Shown: positions 15,870-22,938 of the stretch, piece by piece
Position numbering within the stretch: position 1 is the stretch's first letter
Layout: the number at the start of each line of letters is the position of its first letter
NCBI GenBank assembly: GCA_016210925.1
Contig: JACQTF010000082.1
Location: 10,002-34,001, forward strand
Length of the DNA: 24,000 nt
Direction of reading: 5' to 3'
Source: Acidobacteriota bacterium
GTDB lineage: Bacteria; Acidobacteriota; UBA6911; JACQTF01
The notes under the pieces: generated by a model
What the model saw: only the letters and a program-made list of their open reading frames with translations
Told to the model about the DNA's origin: nothing
Databases searched by the model: none
Translations under genes and position numbers: made by a program

Positions 15870-16130
15870 TTGGGACCGCGACGCGTCTCGACGTTGCCAG
15901 ATCCGTCGTCCCCTGAGATAGCAGAGATCGTTGCAGATGATTTCGCTGCCAATGGCGAGATGATCGGATCCCTCGGTCTTCCCACGCTCATTATCCAGGA
16001 AGGTGGATACGACAACCGGGTTCTCGGGTTAAACGTCCTCAAATTTCTTCAGGGAGTGTGGTCGAGCGCCTTCCGGTTCGACAAACGTTCTGCACATGAA
16101 TGTGCAGATTCTGCGCGTGTGGTATACTGA
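15870..16130 (+). pseudogene. C-terminal fragment of a histone deacetylase / acetylpolyamine amidohydrolase-family gene
   Basis: DPSSPEIAEIVADDFAANGEMIGSLGLPTLIIQEGGYDNRVLGLNVLKFLQGV matches the terminal DP(I)S...GLP.L.VQEGGY...LG.N...FL.G block of HDAC-family enzymes. The catalytic N-terminal ~250 aa are absent. The fragment begins 4 nt after the stop of the preceding hypothetical gene. Confidence 0.6.
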
Positions 16131-16491
16131 TCACTTCAGTTGGGGGTATCGCGGACCCAGGAGGGCCTGGTCTCCAAGCTCTTAGGGATCTCGCCTTCGG
16201 TGGGAAGATAGAGGCGGGCCTCGGGCCATCGGATCCTGGTCCACGATCATCCTCTGGCCCTGTGGTTACACCGACCGGGAAGCCTTGCGGCGATCCTGGG
16301 TGGCGCGCCCGCGTCTCGCTCCCTTTCCCTGATAGGGGATCTTCGCACTTCCGGCTGGCCAGGGCATGGCCCTGTGAGCCGCCTGGGGACGGCTGGAGGA
16401 TGGGTTTTCGGCACCCATTCGGGACGGAGAGCTGCGGGGGGGTGCCTCGCCGAAGGGCCACCTGGATGGTTCTCGAAAGGAGGTGAAGGGG

Positions 16492-17571
16492 ATGACCGAA
16501 ATTCTCGGATGGCAGATCCCGCTGAGGCCGCTGCTGGCGGTCCCGTTGGTGGCGGCGATCGTGGCTGGGATTGGGCTGTTTTTGCGCAAGTTTGCGCTGG
16601 GCTTTCTGCGGCGGTGGTCCCAGCGAACGGCGACTGATTTCGATGATCTGCTCGTTGCCTTTCTAGAGAAGCTTGCATCGCCCCTGGCGGTCCTCGCGGT
16701 GATTTTCGTTTTGTTGAACTCCTTTGCTCTGCCGGCCAAAATCGTCCGTCCGGGGAACCGAATTCTGCAGGCGGTGACGTTGGGCTTAGCCCTCTTCTTC
16801 TTCGCCAAGTTGGTGATCCTTTACGTCCAGCGGCTGGCTCAGCGCAAGGAGGCGATGCGCAACATCGCGGGTCCCCTCCAGGGGGTGACCAAGGTGGTGT
16901 TTGCCCTGGTGGGGGTCCTGGTGGTTTTTGAAAACCTGGGCGTCTCCATGACGGCCCTGTGGACCACCCTGGGTGTGGGCAGCGTGGCCATTGCCCTGGC
17001 ACTGCAGGACACGCTGAGCAATTTTTTTGCCGGCCTCTACATCCTGGTGGACAGCCCCATTCGGCTGGACGACTACGTGAAGCTGGAGACCGGGGAGGAA
17101 GGCTATGTGCAGCGAATTGGATGGCGATCGACCCGTATTCGAACCCTGCCCAATAACGTGGTGGTGGTTCCCAATGCGCGGCTGTCCCAGGCCATCGTGA
17201 CCAATTATTTCCTCCCCGAGAAGCGGATGTCGCTTTTGATCCCCATCGGGGTGAGTTACGAAAGCGATCCAGTGAAGGTGGAGCGCCTGTTGGTCGAGGA
17301 GACGAAGAAAGCCGCGGGGGAGATTCCAGGCCTCCTGGCGGAGCCCGCGCCCTTCGTTCGCTTCATCCCCGGCTTTGGAGATTCTTCCCTGAACTTCACC
17401 TTGATTTGCCAGGTAGCGGAGTTCGTGGATCAGTACCTGGTCCAGCACGAACTCCGAAAGCGCATTTTCGCCCGGTTCCAGAGGGAAGGCATCGAAATTC
17501 CGTTCCCCATCCGGACGGTCTACTTGAGGACAAAGGAAGAAGCCGGCGGAACTCAACAAGCTGCGACTTAG
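16492..17571 (+). CDS. Small-conductance mechanosensitive channel (MscS family), second copy
   Basis: The MS_channel core is ALALQDTLSNFFAGLYILVDSPIRLDDYVKLETGEEGYVQRIGWRSTRIRTLPNNVVVVPNARLSQAIVTNY. ATG 16492 lies 8 nt after GAAAGGAGG; the track start GTG 16483 sits inside the SD. Confidence 0.9.
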   Translation: MTEILGWQIPLRPLLAVPLVAAIVAGIGLFLRKFALGFLRRWSQRTATDFDDLLVAFLEKLASPLAVLAVIFVLLNSFALPAKIVRPGNRILQAVTLGLALFFFAKLVILYVQRLAQRKEAMRNIAGPLQGVTKVVFALVGVLVVFENLGVSMTALWTTLGVGSVAIALALQDTLSNFFAGLYILVDSPIRLDDYVKLETGEEGYVQRIGWRSTRIRTLPNNVVVVPNARLSQAIVTNYFLPEKRMSLLIPIGVSYESDPVKVERLLVEETKKAAGEIPGLLAEPAPFVRFIPGFGDSSLNFTLICQVAEFVDQYLVQHELRKRIFARFQREGIEIPFPIRTVYLRTKEEAGGTQQAAT

Positions 17572-17629
17572 GCCATCGGTGGCTACCGGGAGGGGGGAAG
17601 GAGGGGGGTAGTTTCAGCGGAGAAACATC

Positions 17630-18853
17630 ATGGCGGATTTCTACCAGACCGGGGTGGTTGCCACCTTGCATCGCCTCGTCAGGACGGGGCACGAGGCCCT
17701 GGAGCGGGGACTGCTGAAGTATTCGGCCCAGCGGCCCATCGCCCTGGTGCTGCCGGCTCTGTACAGCGAATTTGAGGGCGAGGCCATGCCCAGGATCATC
17801 CAGGAGTTGAAGCACGTGAAATATCTTCGGCAGATCGTGGTCACCATGGACGGAGCGGACCCCGCCCAATATGCCCGCGCCCGCCGCATGATGTCGGGTC
17901 TGCCGCAAGGAGTGAAGTTTGTTTGGAACAACGGACCTCGCGTTCAGGCCTTGTACGACAAACTTCAGGAGAATGACCTTCCGGTGGGTGGGAGCGGGAA
18001 GGGGCGTTCTTGCTGGATGGCGTATGGCTACGTGCTGGCCAGCCGTGAGAGCGACGTCATCGTGCTTCATGACTGCGACATCCTCACCTACGATCGAGAA
18101 CTGCTGGCCCGACTCTGCTACCCTGTGGCCAATCCGGACATCAACTTCGAATTCTGCAAGGGGTACTATGCCCGCGTGACGGACCGCATGCATGGCCGGG
18201 TGACGCGATTGCTGGTCACGCCCCTCATCCGCTCCCTGGAGAAGATATTCGGTCATCTTCCCTTCCTGGTGTTCCTGGACAGCTTCCGTTATCCCCTGGC
18301 GGGCGAGTTCTCCATGAGGGCGGACCTGGCGCGGTCCAATCGCATTCCGGCCGACTGGGGCCTGGAAGTGGGTGTCCTGGCAGAGATCTATCGCAACTGC
18401 GCCATCAAACGGGTCTGCCAGGCTGAACTCTGCGACAACTACGAGCACAAGCACCAACCCCTGTGTCAGGGCGACCCATCCAAAGGCCTGATGAAGATGG
18501 CGGTGGACATCACCAAGACGCTGTTCCGAACCCTGTCGGCGGAGGGTGTGGTGTTTACCTCCGGCGCGTTCCGCACGATGCAATCCGCCTACGTCCGAAC
18601 GGCGGAGGATACCATCACGCGCTATCACGCTGACGCTTTGATCGACGGCCTCTACTTTGACCGTCATGAGGAGGAGGTCGCCGTCGAGACCTTCGTTCAG
18701 GCCATTCGGTTGGCTGCCGAGTCTTTCACGGAGGATCCGCTGGGCGCTCCCCTCATCCCCAACTGGAACCGGATCACGGCGGCGCTGCCCGGGTTCTTGG
18801 ATGAGCTGAAAGAGGCGGTGGAGTTGGACAACGCCGAGGGAGCCGCTGGTTGA
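17630..18853 (+). CDS. gpgS: Glucosyl-3-phosphoglycerate synthase-type glycosyltransferase (GpgS/MpgS family, GT-A fold)
   Basis: The N-terminus MADFYQTGVVATLHRL, the DxD context VIVLHDCDILTY, the ~400-aa length and the immediately coupled MpgP-family phosphatase match my recollection of the archaeal, Persephonella and cyanobacterial GpgS type. The sugar donor (Glc vs Man) cannot be read from the sequence. Confidence 0.7.
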   Translation: MADFYQTGVVATLHRLVRTGHEALERGLLKYSAQRPIALVLPALYSEFEGEAMPRIIQELKHVKYLRQIVVTMDGADPAQYARARRMMSGLPQGVKFVWNNGPRVQALYDKLQENDLPVGGSGKGRSCWMAYGYVLASRESDVIVLHDCDILTYDRELLARLCYPVANPDINFEFCKGYYARVTDRMHGRVTRLLVTPLIRSLEKIFGHLPFLVFLDSFRYPLAGEFSMRADLARSNRIPADWGLEVGVLAEIYRNCAIKRVCQAELCDNYEHKHQPLCQGDPSKGLMKMAVDITKTLFRTLSAEGVVFTSGAFRTMQSAYVRTAEDTITRYHADALIDGLYFDRHEEEVAVETFVQAIRLAAESFTEDPLGAPLIPNWNRITAALPGFLDELKEAVELDNAEGAAG

Positions 18854-19689
18854 GATCGTCTGGGAAGTTGATCATCTACACCGATCTGGACGGGACGTTC
18901 CTGGACCACGAGACCTATTCGTGTTCTGCGGCCTTGCCTGCCCTCCGGGCCGCCACCGCCAGAGCCATTCCCGTCGTCTTCTGTTCCAGCAAGACGCTGG
19001 CCGAGACGGAGGTCATTCGGAAGCAGGTAGGGGCGCGGGATCCCTTCATTGTGGAGAACGGCGGCGCGGTCTACGTGCCCCGGAATTACTTTCCCTTCGG
19101 CATTCGCCGGAGCGTTCAGCGTGGCGACTTTGAGGTGGTGGAGTTGGGAACGCCCTACCCAAGGTTGGTCGAGGCACTTCGGCGCCTGCGGGAGGACCTT
19201 CCCTGCCGCTTTCTGGGGTTCCACGACATGACGGAAGAAGAGGTGGCGGCCGATGCCGGCTTGACTTTGGCTGAAGCGCAGCGGGCCAAGGAGCGGGAAT
19301 ACGATGAGGCATTCAAGATCGTCGGCGCGGATCCCGCGGTGGTGGGGGTGGTCCTGGCAAGGATCGAAGAAGCCGGTTTACGGTACACCAGGGGTGGGCG
19401 ATACTATCATCTGCTGGGTGACCATGACAAAGGGCGCGCCGTCCGCATTCTCAACGACCTGTTTAGGAGGGCCCACGGCTCCATTGTCACGGTTGGTCTG
19501 GGTGACACCTTAAACGATTTGCCCATGCTGGAGGCCGTGGATCTGCCGGTCGTGGTGAAAAAGGCGGATGGCGACCACGACCGGTCCGTTATCGGGCGTT
19601 TGCCACAGGTACGGCTGGCCCCTGGGGTTGGCCCTCGAGGCTGGGAGGCGGCCGTGAGGGAGATCCTGGCGGAAAGGGTTGGCGCCTAG
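18850..19689 (+). CDS. HAD-IIB phosphatase of the mannosyl-3-phosphoglycerate phosphatase (MpgP/YedP) family
   Basis: LIIYTDLDGTFLDHETYS...IPVVFCSSKTLAE...FIVENGGAVY...GLGDTLNDLPMLEAVD closely resembles YedP/MpgP. Only TTG starts are available (18850 overlapping the gpgS stop as TTGA, or 18868). GAGGGAG lies 8 nt before 18850. Confidence 0.85.
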   Translation: MRSSGKLIIYTDLDGTFLDHETYSCSAALPALRAATARAIPVVFCSSKTLAETEVIRKQVGARDPFIVENGGAVYVPRNYFPFGIRRSVQRGDFEVVELGTPYPRLVEALRRLREDLPCRFLGFHDMTEEEVAADAGLTLAEAQRAKEREYDEAFKIVGADPAVVGVVLARIEEAGLRYTRGGRYYHLLGDHDKGRAVRILNDLFRRAHGSIVTVGLGDTLNDLPMLEAVDLPVVVKKADGDHDRSVIGRLPQVRLAPGVGPRGWEAAVREILAERVGA

Positions 19690-19710
19690 CACGGACTCTC
19701 TGCAGGCACG

Positions 19711-20976
19711 ATGGCTGGTGAATCGCTGCTACCGGACGAGGTTCAACGGCGCATTCGAGAGATCGGTCGCGTTGACGTCGTGGTGGGGATCCCCAGCTAC
19801 AACAGCGCCCGCACCATCTCCCACGTGGTGCGGGCGGTCCACGCGGGTTTTGCCAAATATTTTCCCCACCAGCAGGCCCTGCTGGTCAACTCCGACGGCG
19901 GGTCCGGCGACGGCACGCCGGATCTGGTTCGGCAGCCGGCCATCAGCGACTATCGCACGCTGCTGACTGCCCATCCGCTCCACGCCCTCCACAAGATCGT
20001 CACGCCCTATCATGGGATTCCCGGGAAGGGCAGTGCGCTGCGGACGGTTTTCAAAATCGCCGCTGAGCTTGGGGCGAAGGCCTGCGCGGTGGTCGATGCG
20101 GATCTCCGCAGCATTACGCCCGAGTGGGTGGACCTCCTCGTGAGCCCCGTCTTAAAGGAAGGATTTGACTTCGTTGCGCCACTCTATCACCGGCACAAGT
20201 ATGACGGCACCATCACCAACAGCATCGTGTACCCCCTCACACGGGCGCTCTACGGCCAGCGCGTCCGACAGCCCATTGGCGGGGACTTCGGCCTCTCGGG
20301 CCGTCTGGCTGAGCATTATGTGTCGCAGGACGTGTGGCACACGGACGTCGCTCGCTTTGGCATAGACATCTGGATGACCACCACGGCCATCACAGGGGGC
20401 TTCAGGATCTGCCAGTCTTTTCTGGGGGCCAAGATCCACGATGTCAAAGACCCGGCTGTAGATTTGAGCGCCATGCTCACACAAGTGGTCAGCTCGGTCT
20501 TCGGATTGATGGAAACCTACGAGGCCCATTGGACCAAGGTCCGCGGCTCGACCTCAGTGCCGGTCTTTGGATTCGAATACACCGTGGGCCTGGAACCCAT
20601 CCGGGTCAATGTGGAGCGGATGATCCACAGCTTTCACGCCGGCCTGCGAGACTTGGTGCCCCTGTGGGAAGGGATTCTGGCCAGGGAGACCCTGGAGGGG
20701 ATCCGGCGGGTGGGTAGCCTCTCGGGAGAGACGTTTCGGTTTCCCCCTGACCTGTGGGTTCGGACGGTGTACGACTTTGCGATCGCCTACCACAAACGTG
20801 TGATCAACCGCGAGCACTTGCTCAGGTCCCTCACGCCCCTCTATCTGGCGCGCACCGGCTCCTTCGTCCTGGAGACGCCCGAGGCCACCGCGGGAGAAGT
20901 GGACGAGATCTTGGAAAAGCTTTGTCAGGAGTACGAATCTTTCAAACCCGATCTCATTGAACGCTGGCAATCCTGA
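19711..20976 (+). CDS. GT-A fold (GT2-like) glycosyltransferase with a long helical C-terminal extension; candidate second glycosyl transfer onto glycosyl-(phospho)glycerate
   Basis: Evidence includes VVVGIPSYNSARTISHVV near the N-terminus, the DxD context AVVDADLRSITPEW, and the 421-aa length. The gene lies 21 nt after the phosphatase gene. Confidence 0.85.
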   Translation: MAGESLLPDEVQRRIREIGRVDVVVGIPSYNSARTISHVVRAVHAGFAKYFPHQQALLVNSDGGSGDGTPDLVRQPAISDYRTLLTAHPLHALHKIVTPYHGIPGKGSALRTVFKIAAELGAKACAVVDADLRSITPEWVDLLVSPVLKEGFDFVAPLYHRHKYDGTITNSIVYPLTRALYGQRVRQPIGGDFGLSGRLAEHYVSQDVWHTDVARFGIDIWMTTTAITGGFRICQSFLGAKIHDVKDPAVDLSAMLTQVVSSVFGLMETYEAHWTKVRGSTSVPVFGFEYTVGLEPIRVNVERMIHSFHAGLRDLVPLWEGILARETLEGIRRVGSLSGETFRFPPDLWVRTVYDFAIAYHKRVINREHLLRSLTPLYLARTGSFVLETPEATAGEVDEILEKLCQEYESFKPDLIERWQS

Positions 20977-20991
20977 GGAAGGAGGTGAAGG

Positions 20992-21696
20992 ATGGAAAGT
21001 GCGTTCACGGAAGCATTGTTGACGACCTTGAAAAGGTTCTACGAGGGAGCGATGCAATTTCTGCCCAGTCTTCTGGCCGCCTTGGTCATCATCGTTGCTG
21101 GCTGGGCCATGGCCTGGGCATCCAAGTTGGTCGTCCGTCGCGCCCTCCTGATCGCCAAATTCGACCACTTCTGCGCCAACGCTGGCGCCAGCCAAGTGCT
21201 GAGCCGGGCCGACATCCACGCCCCTCCTTCCACAGTGGTGGGCCGGTCGGTCTTCTGGCTGGTGTGGGTTGTCTTTCTCATGACGGGAGTGAGCGCCCTG
21301 GGCTTGGAGGTGTTCAACCGGCTCATCTCTGAATTTTTTCTGTACTTGCCCCAGGCCTTCGCCGCAGTGTTGATTCTCCTGCTGGGATTCTTGATCGGCA
21401 ATTTTCTTTCCCGGGCGGCGCTGCTGGCGGCGGTGAACGCCCAGGTCGCTTCGCCTCGCATCATCAGCAGCATGGTGAGATTCCTGATTACCATCCTGGC
21501 CTCCGCCATGGCCCTGGAGCAGCTTCACATTGCCAGAAACATCGTCGTGGCTGCCTTTGCCATCGCTTTTGGCGCCGTCATGCTGGGACTGGCCATCGCC
21601 TTCGGGCTGGGCGGACGGGAGGTGGCGCGGCACGTGCTCGAGCAGCGCTTCCTGCAAAAGAAAGGGGAAGAGCCGGACGAATTTTCGCACATTTGA
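20992..21696 (+). CDS. Small membrane protein with repeated conserved TM-helix motif, paralogue of 13719..14375
   Basis: GGAAGGAGG precedes ATG 20992, 15 nt after the glycosyltransferase stop. The repeats are FLPSLLAALVIIVAGWAMAWASKLVVRRAL and YLPQAFAAVLILLLGFLIGNFLSRAALLAAV. It has the same length class and topology as 13719..14375. Confidence 0.75.
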   Translation: MESAFTEALLTTLKRFYEGAMQFLPSLLAALVIIVAGWAMAWASKLVVRRALLIAKFDHFCANAGASQVLSRADIHAPPSTVVGRSVFWLVWVVFLMTGVSALGLEVFNRLISEFFLYLPQAFAAVLILLLGFLIGNFLSRAALLAAVNAQVASPRIISSMVRFLITILASAMALEQLHIARNIVVAAFAIAFGAVMLGLAIAFGLGGREVARHVLEQRFLQKKGEEPDEFSHI

Positions 21697-21842
21697 GCCA
21701 GCGGTCAGAGGATGATCGACAGCGCCCTGTTCCGGTTCTCCCGACCCTAGTGTCACACCGTTCGGATTTGGGTGGATCATGGAGGCCGGGGATGAATGGA
21801 GGGGATTTGTGATGCGCGACAGGCCTTGGGGGGAAAGGGTCC

Positions 21843-22916
21843 ATGGCTGAGGTGGCGGTGGAAGAGCTCTACAAGATTTTCCCCGACCACGTGGTGGCGG
21901 TGGATGGTGTGAGCTTTCACGTGAGAGACCGGGGGTTCCTCACCCTTCTCGGTCCTTCCGGATGCGGCAAGTCCACCATCTTGCGCCTGATCGCAGGATT
22001 GGAGAAGCCCAGCTCCGGCAAGGTCTACGTGGACGGCAGGCTCGTCAACGACCAGCATCCCGCCGACAGAGACGTCGCCATGGTGTTTCAGAGCTATGCC
22101 CTGTACCCTCACATGAACTGCTTCGACAATATGGCGGTCCACTTGAAACTGCGGAAGGTCCCCAGGGAGGAGATCCAAAGGAGGACGAGGGAAACGGCTC
22201 GGTTGTTGGGAATCGAGAACCTGTTGCACAGGAAGCCCAAAGCGCTCAGCGGAGGCCAGCGCCAGCGAGTGGCGCTGGGGCGTGCCATCGTAAGACAACC
22301 CAAGGCGTTCCTCTTGGATGAGCCCCTAAGCAACTTGGACGCCATCCTCCGGGAGCGAATGCGGGGGGATCTGAAGGCACTGTTTTCCGCCATGGGGGCC
22401 ACCGTCATCTACGTGACCCACGATCAGGTCGAAGCCATGACCATGTCCGACACCATCGCCGTCGTGAGGGCAGGCAAGATCCAGCAGATTGGCTCGCCAG
22501 CGGAGATCTATCATAATCCTGCCAACGTGTTCGTCGCTCAGTTCGTGGGGAGCCCGCGCATGAATTTTCTCCGCTGCACGATCGAGAGCGGAAGGCTAAC
22601 CTTCGGCCGTCACGACCTTCCCCTTCCCCGTGCCGTGGTGAGTACAGTGGGCCTGCCTGCAAACGTCCTGTTGGGTATTCGACCTGAGCACCTGACAGTC
22701 TTGCGGGAAGCAACGCCGGGCGCCCTGGAAGCTCAGGCTGATCTGTGCGAACCTCTGGGTGCCTTTACCATTCTACATTTGAGATTGGGAGAAAATGCGA
22801 TCGCGGCTCTGGTTACGCCGGAGGATGCCCAGATGGGAGGAAGGAGGTGGGTCGAGTTCCATGGGGGAAAAATCCATCTTTTCGATCCGGCGACCGAAGA
22901 ACGGTTGAAGTATTAA
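21843..22916 (+). CDS. ABC transporter ATP-binding protein, MalK/UgpC/MsmX sugar-importer type
   Basis: Walker A is GPSGCGKST, the Q-loop MVFQSYALYPH, the signature LSGGQRQRVALGRA, Walker B FLLDEPLSNLD and the H-loop YVTHDQ. A C-terminal regulatory (TOBE-like) extension is present. Confidence 0.93.
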   Translation: MAEVAVEELYKIFPDHVVAVDGVSFHVRDRGFLTLLGPSGCGKSTILRLIAGLEKPSSGKVYVDGRLVNDQHPADRDVAMVFQSYALYPHMNCFDNMAVHLKLRKVPREEIQRRTRETARLLGIENLLHRKPKALSGGQRQRVALGRAIVRQPKAFLLDEPLSNLDAILRERMRGDLKALFSAMGATVIYVTHDQVEAMTMSDTIAVVRAGKIQQIGSPAEIYHNPANVFVAQFVGSPRMNFLRCTIESGRLTFGRHDLPLPRAVVSTVGLPANVLLGIRPEHLTVLREATPGALEAQADLCEPLGAFTILHLRLGENAIAALVTPEDAQMGGRRWVEFHGGKIHLFDPATEERLKY

Positions 22917-22938
22917 GGGTCGGGAGGTCATTCGCACG

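Noticed and set aside
16477-16489. Identical 13-mer AAGGAGGTGAAGG in front of the starts at 16492 and 20992 (second copy at 20979-20991)
   Set aside because: It is essentially an extended Shine-Dalgarno sequence. Identity over 13 purine-rich nt at two ribosome-binding sites is not enough to claim a shared regulatory element.
16039-17002. Minus-strand ORFs 16039..16461, 16247..17002 and 16266..16808, and plus-strand ORFs 16100..16486 and 16374..16637
   Set aside because: Their products are low-complexity Pro/Arg/Gly. They partly lie antisense to the second mscS gene, and none has translation signals.
17396-18667. 423-aa minus-strand ORF opposite the GpgS-type gene
   Set aside because: It is a shadow ORF with no recognisable motifs, and the plus-strand gene has clear family features.
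20554-21780. 408-aa minus-strand ORF opposite the GT and TM-helix genes
   Set aside because: It is a shadow ORF with highly biased Gly/Gln/His/Asp/Arg composition, spanning two well-supported plus-strand genes.
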